From assembly GCA_000388065.2 (NCBI GenBank), contig KB932207.1: a stretch of 64,000 bases of DNA. One strand, given 5' to 3'. The notes under the pieces are model-generated. The model searched no databases, was not told where the DNA came from, and saw only the letters and a list, made by a program, of their open reading frames with translations. Both the position numbers and the translations under genes were made by a program. Below are positions 37,231 to 49,738 of the stretch, piece by piece; position 1 is the stretch's first letter; every line of letters starts with the position of its first letter. This DNA is from Fonticula alba ATCC 38817. Lineage: Eukaryota > Protista > Nucleariida.

Positions 37231-39147
37231 ATGGCCGATGCGGCGGAGCTGGCGCACATGGCCCGGGCCCCGCACCCCCACCCGGCCCGGCGCGTCACCC
37301 AACTGGACTCGATCCGGTCGAACACCAGCCTGACCGGGGCGGTCGCGCGCATGCTGGATGACCTGCCTGATTTGGATCCCGACCGGCTGCTGGGCTTCCT
37401 GCGACCGGCGATCGAGTCGCTGAAGGTATGTCTTGGCCGGGCTGGGCATGTTTGTCACCCTCCGCCGCTCGCTCGCCACCCTCCGTCGCTGGCCGTGTGG
37501 GCCGCTCCTGACCCGGGCCCTCGCCGCCTCCTGCAGGCTCTGCTCCTTCGGCTGGTTCCCTTCCTGCCGCTGATCAGGCACCTGGCCCTGGACACAGATG
37601 GTCCTGATGCCTCGGCGATACCGCTGTCCTTTGGCCAGCAGCTGCTCGGGCTGTCCTTTGTCCCCGCGGATGGTATGTGTTCTGCTTGGCTGTGCATCTG
37701 GCCCCCGGGCTGTCGTCCCTGACCACCACCACCACCACCACCACCACCACCACCACCACCGGCCAGCCGTCGGGGCCTCGAAGACCGGGCCGGCCACCCT
37801 TCCCAGCCCCGGGCGCCGACGGCTTCTCCAATTTCTAGTTCTCCATGCGCTGGTCCCCTGGGCTGCCGAGCATGCCGAGACCCTGCTGACCCAGCTGTCC
37901 CTGGCTGCGGAGGCTGACAATGTGGCTGCCGGGCCAGCCGGGCAACTGCCCAAGCCGGTGCGTGGTACTTTGCCGCGCGAATGCCGGGCCCGCGGGCCTG
38001 GCTCCTGTCGGTATGGCCCACTGACCCGCGCGCGCGCAGACGGGTTCCCTGATTCAAGTGGCACTGCAGGCGGTGCGCATCACGATGCGTCTGACGCAGC
38101 TGGCCCAGCTGGTCAACTTCCTTGGCTTCCTCTTTGGTGGCAGGTCCGCGCCCGTTGTGTCTTCCCTTCCGCTGGCGCGTGCGCCCGCATCCTCCCTCTT
38201 CGCCCGGGGCTCCGATGCTGACCGAATGCCGTCATCCTGCGTGCTGCTCCCCCCCTCCCCCTGTCTCCGAGACAGGTACCCCACCCTGTCGAGTCGAATC
38301 ACTGGCCTGCAACTGTATCCGGCCGGCGAGCGGGCCTTTGGGCCGCCTTCCGCCGCCGAAGGGTCCTTCCCCTGGATGCACCGTGACATTTTGTGGGATG
38401 CGGTTGGGGTGCGCACCGGCCGATGCACGAGCCTCGGACACACACAATGCCCGTCCATGCTGTCCGTCTGCCTAACACAGGGCCCGTGATGGGCAGACAT
38501 TTGCCTTTTTCGCCGGGCCCTACATCCCGCCGATGGTGGATCTGGCCGCTGGGCTGGGCCGGCACGCGGGCCGGGCGCTGGCCGCCGGGGCCCGGGCGCT
38601 GCTGGCCCCCGACGAGAAGCCCGCCGCAAAAGCGGCGCCAGTCGCCGGGGTCCCGCCGGACGCCCCGTTTGAATGTGCCTTTTGCCGGTGCGTTGCCTTC
38701 CGGGCGCCCTTCCTCCCGCCGGGCGTGGGCTTTTCGCCGCGCTTCCCGTCTGCTGACAAGCGGCGCCTGCCCTGGCTGTGCCCCTCTGCGGGCTTTCCGG
38801 CCGCCAGGGCCCCGGAGGCCGCGGTTGCCGTGGCCATCGCCCCGTGCGGCCACCGGGCATGCTACACGTGTGTCGGGGGCGCCCACGCCGCGCGCGGGAT
38901 CCCGCTTCGCTTTGACACCGGGTCCGGGCCGCAGGGCGACCCCGCAATGTCGACCTTCGTCCTGCCGATGCCGCCGGCCGGTCGGACTCCGCCGCTGGTG
39001 GCCGAGCCCCTCGTCGGCGAGGTGGCCGCCCCGGCCCCGGATCCCGGGCCACAGTCGGTCCTGGAGGTGGTGTCCGGGCTGGCCCTTTTCCCGCTGGAGT
39101 GTCCGCGCTGTGCGACGGCCATCCAGGCGGTGGCCCTCTGGCCCTAG
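37231..39147 (+). CDS. PEX2: Peroxin PEX2 (RING E3 of the peroxisomal Pex2/10/12 complex); about 6 exons
   Basis: Seen: RRVTQLDS, SFGQQLLGL, QLVNFLGFLFGG|RYPTLSSRITGL and SFPWMHRDILWDA (cf. PEX2 [48 protein letters not shown]). C-terminal CAFC...PCGHRACYTC...CPRC. Confidence 0.85.
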
Positions 39148-39670
39148 AGGCGAAATACACGCACATGCGCGCATACGCACACACACACACACACACACAN
39201 NNNNNNNNNNNNNNNNNNNNNNNNNNNNNNNNNNNNNNNNNNNNNNNNNNNNNNNNNNNNNNNNNNNNNNNNNNNNNNNNNNNNNNNNNNNNNNNNNNNN
39301 NNNNNNNNNNNNNNNNNNNNNNNNNNNNNNNNNNNNNNNNNNNNNNNNNNNNNNNNNNNNNNNNNNNNNNNNNNNNNNNNNNNNNNNNNNNNNNNNNNNN
39401 NNNNNNNNNNNNNNNNNNNNNNNNNNNNNNNNNNNNNNNNNNNNNNNNNNNNNNNNNNNNNNNNNNNNNNNNNNNNNNNNNNNNNNNNNNNNNNNNNNNN
39501 NNNNNNNNNNNNNNNNNNNNNNNNNNNNNNNNNNNNNNNNNNNNNNNNNNNNNNNNNNNNNNNNNNNNNNNNNNNNNNNNNNNNNNNNNGGGGGCTGCCG
39601 GGCCGGCGTGGGCGTGTGCTGGCCGGCGCGTCGGGATTTTGCTTCCCGCACACTGAGGCCGCGCGTGTGC

Positions 39671-39701
<31 letters not shown>

Positions 39702-39950
39702 AATGCTGCGTCCCCGTGTGCATATCCCCCCCCCCCCCCGCGTTCTTGTGGCGAGATCGCCCGGGGGGAGGGGCTATTTGTGCGAGGCAACTCCACCGGC
39801 CCCTATCTCCCGGAGAGTACCCTCCTGCCCTGCCCCCCTCCTGCAAGCCGCCCCCTTTGCCATTCCCCCCCCCCCTGGTCCCTCCTGTCCCACTTCCCCT
39901 CACTCGTATCGGCGGACTCTCCCTCTCTGCCTCCCCCCCCTCCCCTGCGA

Positions 39951-41749
39951 ATGTCCGTGCCATCGGCGTTCGAGCGTCGGCCGACCGGCGTCGCACCAGC
40001 CACCCTGAAGACGCACCCGCGCAAGATTGTGGCTGGGCTGGTCGCGGCGGCGGTGTACCTGCCCCTGGCCGGCCTGGCGGCCGCCTTCCTGGCCGGGTGC
40101 ATTGTGTACTATGCGGTCTTTGTGTTGCGCTCCCCGCGCGAGGCCTTCCGGCGGTTGTTCGACCCGCGCTACAATGTGGTCACTGAAACCGACCCGTCGG
40201 TGGCGGCGGTCGGCCGGGCGGCCATCACCGGCGCTGGGCGCCCGGGCGACCGGCACCTCCGCATCGAGGGCTCCTCCGGGAACATCCTGCACATGGTCGT
40301 GCGCGGCGGGCAGTCGCCGGAGTCCCGGGCGCCCGGGGCCCCGTGGCTGCTCTTTGTCCACGGCTTCCCCGAGTGTTGGTTCTCCTGGGACGCGCTCATG
40401 GACCAGCTCAGCCGCCAGGCCGACGAGGAGGGCCCGGACGGTGCGGCCGCCCGGCCAGCCCTGCTGGCCAGCCGCGGCTTCACCTGCGTCGCCATCGATC
40501 TGCGCGGGTACCATCTCAGCCCGAGCCCCACCGATGGGGGGTTCACTGCCTTCCGCCGGATTGACCTCTCCCGTGACCTGGCCCTGGCCATCGCCACCAT
40601 CCAGCGCCGCGAGCGCCTCGGCCCCTGCTGCGTGGTGGCCCACGACTGGGGCGGTCTGGTGTCCTGGTGCGTCGCGCCGACCGGCCACATGCGGGCCCGT
40701 GCTTCGACCGGGTGCCTGCCTGGCGCCGGCCCTTCGGCGAGGCGCTCGGTCCTCGCCAGTTCCTGCCTTTCTTTCCCCTTCTCGCGTCCCTTTCGCCGCC
40801 GTGCCTCAGCTCACACCCCTGCCCTCCACACACTGCCGCAGGGATACGGCTTACCTTCGCCCGGACTTGGTCAACCGCCTGGTGATCCTGAATTCGCCGC
40901 ACCCGCGCCGTTTCCAAGAAATCCTCGGCTCCTCAGACCAGCTAAAGCGGGTGCGTCTCTCTGCCGGTTGTCCGGTCCTCTTGGCCGCTTTTCCCCCGAC
41001 TATCTGCGCCACTCCTTCCATATCTCCCTGCCCTCCTTCTCCTCCTCTTTCTCTCTTTCTCTTTTCTTCTTTCTCTTTCTCTCTTTCTCTTTTCTTCTTT
41101 CTCTCTTTCTCTTTTCTTCTTTCTCTCTTTCTCTTCCTCTCTCTTCCTCTCTCTTCCTCTCTCTTCCTCTCTCTTCCTCTCTCTTCCTCTCTCTTCCTCT
41201 CTCTTCCTCTTTCTCTCTCTCTTCCTCTTTCTCTCTCTCTTCCTCTTTCTCTCTCTCACACACACGCGCGCACGCACACCGCCACAGTCCTTCTACATTC
41301 TGCTCTTCTCAATTCCCTACCTGCCTGAGGCGCTGGAGCGCTTGACCAACTTCACCATCCTCAACCGAATGCTGCACACCTTCAACCCCCAGACCGGCCA
41401 GCTGGACCGCCCGCTTCCGGAGGACGACCTCAAGGTGTACCGCTATGTCATGTCTTCCTCTGGCACCCTGACCGCGGCGCTGAACTACTACCGCTGCCAG
41501 CTGTGGGACATGATCTTCAGCCCGCTGGTCGGTCCGGAGGTGTTCGGCGGCGTGCGGCTCCCGGGCCCGGAGCAGAAGCTCCAAACCAAGACCATGGTTG
41601 TCTGGGTACGTGAGACTTGCCTTCTGCTCTGCCCTTGCACCGGCCGCCCGTCCCACTGGCGAGGGGCCCTAGCGGGCCTCCTCCGCTGTCTGCTCCTCCC
41701 CTTTTCCTGCCTTCCCCGCTGCCACGCGCCAGCCACCGCTGACTCCCCC

Positions 41750-41815
<66 letters not shown>

Positions 41816-41994
41816 CCCGCCACCAGGGCGAGAATGACATCGCTCTGAACATCGAGCTGTCCAAGGGCCTGGATCGCTTTGTGGAGGATGTGCGTGTGCG
41901 CTACCTCCCGGGCTGCTCGCACTGGGTTCCCTTCGACAAGCCGGTCGAGGTGGCCCGGCATGTGCGGGAGTTCCTCTCGGACTGGCCGCAGTGA
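39951..41994 (+). CDS. Membrane-anchored alpha/beta-fold epoxide hydrolase (EPHX3/4-like); multi-exon
   Basis: Seen: N-terminal TM segment, HGFPECWFSW, IDLRGY, nucleophile AHDWGG, lid Tyr residues SFYILLF and ALNYYR, acid W|GENDIAL, and His in GCSHWVP. Confidence 0.88.
41040..41258 (+). repeat. CT-rich intronic microsatellite (CTCTCTCTTC-like units)
   Basis: Seen directly. Confidence 0.85.
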
Positions 41995-42504
41995 TGCCGG
42001 CCGAGGCCGCAAAAGCGGGGCCCCCCACCGCGTGCATATGGCCTCGGGCAGGCCACCCTCTCCTTCCACCCGTGCGCTCTTGCCTGAGCATGTGCACTCC
42101 CCGCCCCTCCCCTTTGCACCCCGCCCCCCGATGGCGAGGCAATCGACACCACCCAGCCCATGCCCTTGTCCTGTTTGTCCAGCTGCCATGTCTGTTGAGG
42201 GAGGGGGAGAGGGGAGGGGGAAATCCCCACACACGACTCCATGAGCCTGACGTGCTCGTGTGCGTGTGTGTGTGTGTGTGTGTGTCTGTGTGTGTCTGTG
42301 TATTGCAGTGTTTTGATGAGAGGCAAGGACATTCCCCGGCGCCGACAAGTGTGGGGCCCGGGGACAAGGGGCAAAGAAGGCATCCCAGGATGTCTCCCGG
42401 CTGGGGAGGAAAGAGGGCCCGAGGCCCTGTGCGTCGAGGGACGGGGCGCACGCGCGCGTCCGTGCCCCGGCCACCGTGTTCGGTGTGGTACCCAAGGCAG
42501 CGCC

Positions 42505-43086
42505 TTAAGAGGGACGGCGGGAGCTGTAAGGCGCGTGTGCGAGCGCGCAACAGGAATCCATGACGATGGCGGGGAGGAAGAGAAGGAGGAGGGGGAGGAT
42601 TAGCATACAGGACCGGGTCACGGAAAAGGAGCTGGACACAGAAGGGCAATGGCAGGAGAGACCGGGGCGTCGAGGGAAGAAGAGTGAAGGCAGCGCAGCG
42701 CAGCGCAGCGCAACGTACCGGAAGCCAGCACCGGCAACACCGCCGCGGAAGCGGCCGCGCGGGGAGCCGCCAGCGAAACGGCCACCGCGGAAGCCCGGCG
42801 GGAAGGGCATGTACCCGCCGTACATGAAGGGCGCGCCGGGGAACATCATGAACCGGCCACCGCGCGAGGCCGACATGCCCGGGGTGTTGGTGCGCTTGCG
42901 AGTGACGTGAATCTTCCGGCTGTGCAGCAGGGTGTCCGTCAGACTGAGGGCCCGCTCCACGCTCTCGGTCGACTCGAACTCGATGTAGGCAAAGCTGCAC
43001 GTAGGGGCGCGAGGTCAGGAAGGCAGGGCGCGGTTGTCAGAGGCCATCGGGACCGGGAGGGCGGGGGCCAAAGTGCACGCGCGCGC

Positions 43087-43117
<31 letters not shown>

Positions 43118-43960
43118 TGTATACACGTACCCCTTCGGGCGACCGGTGAACTTGTCACAGAGGATGGTCACGCGAACAACGGTCCCGGCTGGCGAGAAGA
43201 GCCCGTGCAGCTCCTCGGGAGTCGTGTCGAAGTGGACCTACAACGGAGTCAGTACCTGGGGAGTGGGTGCCGATGTCCACACCAGCACATCAGGGGATGG
43301 CGGGGGGGCGGGGCGGAAGAGGACGGAGAGAAACGCACATTACCCACGAAGACCGAGCGCGAGTCAATCTCCTCGCGCTCGGCTGTCCAGGAGAGGCAGG
43401 GGAGGGAGGGGGAAAGGGCGCGGCATGAGGGCGAAGTCAATGGGACGGGCCAAAAGGGAGGAGGGACAGAAGAGAGGCCAGGAGACGCGCGACAAAGCGG
43501 CAACACACCTTGCGAAAGGATGGGCGGGGTCGAGGCAGCATCCTTCGGCAGGGAAGGGTCCGAGCCGGAGGCCACAACCTGCTGGGCTTGGATTTGCTGC
43601 AGGAGAGAAAGGTCATCGTCGGCATCGTCATCGCTCATCGGCTACATGCGCGTATGCGTGCGCGTGCGCGTACATACGTGTGTGTGTGTGAGTATGTAGA
43701 GGCCCTTTATGGCTGGCGGGGCGCGCAGGGGCAAGCGGCATGAAGGTGAAGGGGCAGGCATGCCCGGTGCGCACCGCGGCATTCTCCGAGGAGGCCAGGT
43801 CGTTCTCGGCACCGGAGGCCGGGACGGTGGCGTCGACCACCGCCGTAGTCGGCACCGAGGCAGCAGCAGCCGGGCCCTCGGCCGGGGCGGCGACGGGGGC
43901 CTCAGCGACGGCCGGCACCGGGGTCTCGAAGGGGGAGGTGACAGGCACAGTGGTGGACAT
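42505..43960 (-). CDS. PABPN1: Nuclear poly(A)-binding protein (PABPN1/Pab2), single RRM; about 6 exons
   Basis: Seen: EREEIDSRSVFVGN|VHFDTTPEELHGLF...VRVTILCDKFTGRPKG|FAYIEF...VTRKRTNTPGM, followed by an RGG-rich tail ending R|SRRPS*. Confidence 0.92.
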
Positions 43961-44748
43961 GATGGGCGTTGGTGTCTCTCTCTCTTTCTTACACTACCGG
44001 ATCTCGTCGGCAGGGGGGGNNNNNNNNNNNNNNNNNNNNNNNNNNNNNNNNNNNNNNNNNNNNNNNNNNNNNNNNNNNNNNNNNNNNNNNNNNNNNNNNN
44101 NNNNNNNNNNNNNNNNNNNNNNNNNNNNNNNNNNNNNNNNNNNNNNNNNNNNNNNNNNNNNNNNNNNNNNNNNNNNNNNNNNNNNNNNNNNNNNNNNNNN
44201 NNNNNNNNNNNNNNNNNNNNNNNNNNNNNNNNNNNNNNNNNNNNNNNNNNNNNNNNNNNNNNNNNNNNNNNNNNNNNNNNNNNNNNNNNNNNNNNNNNNN
44301 NNNNNNNNNNNNNNNNNNNNNNNNCGTAATGGTGGACAAGACTGGCCCGGCGGCCGAACGGGCCACAGCAGGAGGCACACCCCGGGGGCGCACCAGGAGG
44401 GCGGCAGCCCCGCGCGCGCGCGCGCGCGCACACACCGCCCGGGCGGGAGGATGGTGCAACGATGGTGCCCACGCATGTGATCATCCGCCGCGTGTCCGTG
44501 AGAGGAGTCGCGTTCTGCACGTGTAGAACCGGGGCTGCTTGCGGGGGGTTGTGTATTGCCGCCGATGTGTGGGCGCGGCCGGGCGGGGGGCGAAGAAAAA
44601 AGGCAGGAGGAAAAAGCAGGGAGCCAAAAAAGGGCGGAAAAATGAACTGCCCCCCCCCCGGCCTCCGATCCCACGCGGGGTGTGATGATGGTCGCGCATG
44701 CAGAGAGGGGCCCATCGGGACCACACATGGCATGTGCATGCACAACTG

Positions 44749-44780
<32 letters not shown>

Positions 44781-44844
44781 CACGCATACACGCTTATGGC
44801 ACACACGCCTCCCCTCGGCCCCTCGCCAGTCGCATGCTTGCTCA

Positions 44845-46556
44845 CTAGCCGAAGGCCGCATCGAAGTCGATGGTGTCCGTCCCGCCGGCCGACGAGCCAA
44901 AGAAGTCGTCGGTCGCCGGGGACGCGACCCCGGCCAGGGCCTTCTGCGGCTGGGCCCCAACGCCGAAGGCCGCGTCGAAGTCCCCCTCACCGACGCCGGC
45001 CGCCAGGAAGGGGTCAGCCTGGGCGCGGGCCGGGGTCGCCTCCGGAGCCTGGGCGCCACCGACGGCGCCCGCCGCGCCGAAGGCCCCATCAAAGTCGAAC
45101 TCCGCGGCCATGGGGGCGGCAGCCGGCGCCGGGGCCTGGCTCGACGTCTCGGCCCCAGCCCCGGCAGCGAAGGGGTCCACATCGATGATGCTGGCCGGGC
45201 GCGAGCTGCCGGCACTGCCGGGGCCGCCGGCACCACCGACACCACCGACACCACCGACACCGCCAAAGGCAGCGTTGAAGTCGATCATCTCCGTGGTCGA
45301 GGAGGAAACCGACCGGGGGGAGGCCGGCACGGCCGGCGCCTGGCCCGAGGCCGAGGCAATGCTGTTCAGCGATGTGAGCGAGCTACTGGCGGACGTAGGC
45401 CCATGGGCCCGGGGCGAGGTGGGCGCGGGCGCCGGGGCGCCGCCCGCACCGCCCCCGAAGGCCCCGTCAAAGTCGAACAGGTCCGAGGCCGGCGGGACGC
45501 CGGCAGGTCCGCCACTCGGGAGGGCCGCCCCGGCCGCCGGGGGCGAGAAGGCCTGGTCGAAGTCGATCGACTCGGCCGAGGCCAGCACCGGCGATGCCGG
45601 GGCCGCCGGGCTGCCGGTCGACGCCCCGAATGCCGAGTCAAAGTCCACCTCGGCATGGGCGCCGGCGGTTGTGGCCACCTGCGCCGCCGGCGCGGTGCTC
45701 GGTGTGCCAAAGGCCGAGTCAAAGTTGATGTCCGACCCGCCATCGGCCGGGGGGCCGCCGGCGCCGCCACCGAAGGCCGAATCGAAGTCCACCTCGGCGC
45801 CAGCGGCCGAACCGAAGAAGGCGTCCTCAGCATCGGACGCCGGCGAGAGGACGGCCGCCGGGGCCGGGGACAGCACAGCCGCCGGGGCCGGAGCCGATGC
45901 CAACGACGCCATGGATGCCAGGCTGCTGGTGCTGAGGCTGGCCAGGTCGAAGGGGATGCCGATGTGCGAGCCGCCAGGAGTGACCCTGCCCGGGGATGAG
46001 GGGGCAGCATCGACAGGGGCCGTGGCCGTGGCCGGGGCCGGGGTCGGGGCCGTGGCCGCGGCCACAGTCGGCACAGTCGGCACAGTCGGCACAGTCGGCA
46101 CAGTCGGCACAGTCGGCACAGTCGGCACAGTCGGCACAGTTGCCACGGCAAAAGGGTCATTGTCGCCGAAGAGATCGATGTCCGCCTGCGGTGCGGGGGC
46201 ACTGGGCGTCGGCGCCGGAATCTCGACCGACATCAGGGACTCCGGCGCGAAGGCGGCATACGGGTCGATGGCCGCCGCGGCAGGGGCCGCCGACACGGCC
46301 GCCACCGTCGGCGAGGCGGCCCGCACCGGCATCGGATGACCGCCGACCGGCGAGGCCGGGCCCGACCGGGGGGCTTCCACCCCACCGGCGGCCGTCTGAG
46401 CACGAAGGGAGAGGACCTCCCCCAGCAGGCGGTCGCGCTCCAGCTGCAGCCCGCGAATGGTCTTGTCACGGATCTGTGGCCATGCCAAGGCCAGGGCCGG
46501 GCATGAGAAAGAGCGTCCAGGCCAGGGCAGCATGGGGGGCAAGGGCGCGGCCAGGG

Positions 46557-46595
<39 letters not shown>

Positions 46596-48649
46596 TGAGT
46601 CCACGGGCGAATGCGCGGGGCTGCGCGTGCGGATGGGCGCGTCGGCGTCCGAGAAAAGGTGCCAGGTGCCATACCTCAACATGGTGCACGGAGTCATCCC
46701 GAGCCTGGAGGGCCTCGGACAGCTTCTCCTGAAGGGCGTCCTTCTCCTGGCGCAGGGTGGCCCCCTCGGCCTGCAGGAGGACCAAGCGCGCCTTGGTCGT
46801 GGCAAGATCGTCCCGCACGGCAGCCAGCTGGTCGCGGACCTGGGCCAGCTCCTGGCTGCCGGCGGCCGCCTCGGCCTGGGCAGCCTCGAGAGCCTGGTCA
46901 CGGGCGGCGACCTCGGCCCGGGCAGCTTGCAGCTCCTGGCGGAGCTCCTCCAGCTCTCCGGCCGAAGGCCCGGATGCGGGGGCGGCGATCGGGGCCGGAG
47001 CCGGCTGCTTGGGCCGACCCCGCCGGAGGCACGAGAGGAGAGGACCCAAGGGCCGGGGAAAGCACAGGACCGGGGGCATGTCAGTGAGGAGGGCGGGAAA
47101 GGAAAAGCACCCACCGAGGAGGAGGACGAGGAGCAAGTCCCCGTCATCCATCGTTCGCCAGAGCATGGGGCGCGCACCTCGACCGGCGTGTCGAAGGCAA
47201 TGAGCGGCGAGCCGGACAAGGCCGGGCCCGAGCCGGGGCCCGGCGAGTCCAGCCCAGCCACCGGGCTCGGGCTGTGCAGGGCCGCCGGACTGCCGGCGTT
47301 CGAGGTGGAACCCAGCGAGGGGCTGCCCGGGGCCGGCGACTCGCGGAACTGCGGCGGAACCAGGGCCGGCAGCAGGACCGCCGGCACGGCCGCATCACCA
47401 GCCCCCGGGACCCCGCCAGCCGCCTCGGCCGCCAGCGACACCAGCATCAGGGCCACCGCCAGCTCATCGTGGCCAAGGCCGTCCATGGCGGCCGGCGACC
47501 GTTTGGCCAGCTTCCACACCCGGCTCAGGCCGGCCGATGTCAAGGCCCCGGCCGAGTGCGACAGCAGGACGTCCCGCACCTGGACCGAGGACAGACGCTG
47601 GCCACCATGCGCGGCAATCAGCTTCCCGGCCATGGCCAGAGCCGAGGGGTCCACCAGCCAGGTCTCCGCGCGCCGAGTGCTCCCCCCGAGGGTGGCGCCG
47701 CGCATGGTGTTCGACCGAGACAGGGTGGACCCGGCCAGCTCCGGCGACAGGGGCGGCCCGGCTCCGGTCACCGGCGAATGCGGCGGGATCTCCAGGCGCA
47801 GGGACCCTCCCGGTGGCCCGGCTCCTCCGGCGCCCGAGTGGATCATGGCCGAGAAGGTGCTGTCCGGGCGAAGGGCCGACCCCGGGGGCGAGGCCGTCGG
47901 GGAGGAGGCAGCCGCGGCCACGGCCGCGGCCCCCGGCGTACCCGGAGCACTTAGAATGCATGCCAGCATGTGGGCCATCTCCGGGGACCCGGCCGACACC
48001 GGGGCCGGCGGCAGGAGTTCCACCAGGCGCTCCGGTGCCCCGGCCAGCGCGGGATTGATCTTGGCCATGGTGCGCAGCCCATCCAGGATGCCGGTCGACA
48101 GGACCACCCCCTTGAGGGTGAGGACATTGCCGCTGCCGGTGTTGAGGGATGTGAGCTCCCTGCGACGGGGGGCGGGGGGAGGGTTGGCAGGCGCCGCGCG
48201 GCAGGGGACCGTCCAGCAGGGCAAGGCCGCAGGGCGCGCCAGGCGTGTTCATGTGCGTGCGTCCGTGCGCCCGTGCAAATGGCCGAGGGACATATGGAGG
48301 AAAAGGGGGTCAGTGCCGGCGCAAGGGTATATGTACACACCATGGCACCGAACGGGAGACCGTGCGCACCCGCACGCACGCACCAGACACGGCGGAGGAC
48401 CACCGGCGGCAGGCCCGAACGGAAGAAGAGCCGATCGTAGGCATCCTGCGCCGGGAGGAAGGGCGGCGCCTCGGACTCCGGGCCCATGAGGAAGGCCACC
48501 ACGGAGGGCAAGTCCGCTTCGGCCACCGGGTGCGTGGCCTGGGTCAGGGCCAGGAAGAACTTGCACACCGACTGCACCCGATCCAGGGGGGGAGGGATCC
48601 AGGGAAGGGTCGACCCCGGGCCGGTGGCGGCAACGGGTGCGGGGGGAGT

Positions 48650-48682
<33 letters not shown>

Positions 48683-49350
48683 CGGCGTGGCGGCAGCAGC
48701 GCCAGGGGCGGTCGGCATGGGTGGGGCGTGCGCGCCGGCCTGGCTGTCGGCCATGCGGCGCGACTCGAACTCGCGATTGGCCATCTGCACGCTCTGCAGC
48801 GTGAGTCCCTGAAGATCGACCGGGAGAATGTCTGCAGCAGGGAGGGGAAGGGGGGAGATGGTCCCCGCGGCGTGGTTCCACGTTAGCAAGTGACCTTGGC
48901 ACGCGCGCGTACGCACCAGGGGCAGGGCCGGCACCGGCAGGAGGCGGTGTCCACGTACTGTCCAACTTGTCGATCTCAATCGGTGACACGGCCCCGGAGA
49001 GGGAGCGAATCTGCGGCGACTTGGCCGCCAAGTTCTGGCCGATGACGGCCATTGCCCAGCTCTGCCACTGGCCTGGCAGGTGGCCCCGTTGGATGAGCGA
49101 CGCCAGGCGCATGAGCCGGCGGAAGGTGGACCGGTTGAGGCGAGGGGCCGGGGTGGTTGATGTGAGCCCCTCCTGGGGCGGCGACATTGCCGGAGACACC
49201 GCCAGGCCAAAGGGAGCCGGCAGCCCTGGCACCAGCCCCTCAAACAGGAGCACAAGAATCTGCCATGCGATCCCCGGAGGACGGGCCGAGAAAGAGGCAG
49301 TCCAGGGAAAGGGGGGGAGGTTAGTATTGCGGCAGGACCGGCCAAGAGGC

Positions 49351-49418
<68 letters not shown>

Positions 49419-49738
49419 ATGTGTGTGTGTGTGCGTGTGTGTGTGTGTGTGCGTGTGTGTGTGTGTGCGTGTGCGTGTGCATACACGCATGCATGCATGC
49501 GCACGATCTTGGTGTCGGCTTCCGAAAGCCGGGTCCGCTTGAGCAGCGGCCACACACCGGAAGTTTCATCCAGAACCAGCAGGTCCTCCACCGGCTTGAA
49601 GCGCGCCGACGGATCGGTCGGGGTGACGATCGCCGTGTCACCGGCGCCGCCGGGCCCTGTCACGGGGTGCCGACTCGACGCCTGGATACACCGGGTGAAG
49701 AGGGCCCCGTAGAGCTCGGTCTCCTGGAAGGAGTACAT
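44845..49738 (-). CDS. Eps15/Ede1-like endocytic scaffold: degenerate EH domains, coiled coil, DPF/DFDxAF motif tail; multi-exon
   Basis: Seen: [15 protein letters not shown]|EL and VRDVLL...GLSRVWKLA...[10 protein letters not shown] (EH-like); coiled coil [13 protein letters not shown]...[11 protein letters not shown]; three DPF motifs and nine DFDxAF-type motifs. Confidence 0.7.
46062..46140 (-). repeat. 9-bp coding tandem repeat encoding (TVP)n
   Basis: Seen: (GCACAGTCG)n on the + strand; about 8 TVP units in ORF 44845..47166. Confidence 0.9.
49354..49480 (+). repeat. (GT)n dinucleotide tract in intron 1 of the EH-domain gene
   Basis: Seen directly. Confidence 0.9.

Noticed and set aside
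46062-46140. Regularly spaced short repeats as a CRISPR-like array (also 53723-53845 and 59342-59460)
   Set aside because: They are head-to-tail tandem repeats without unique spacers, in eukaryotic exons or introns.
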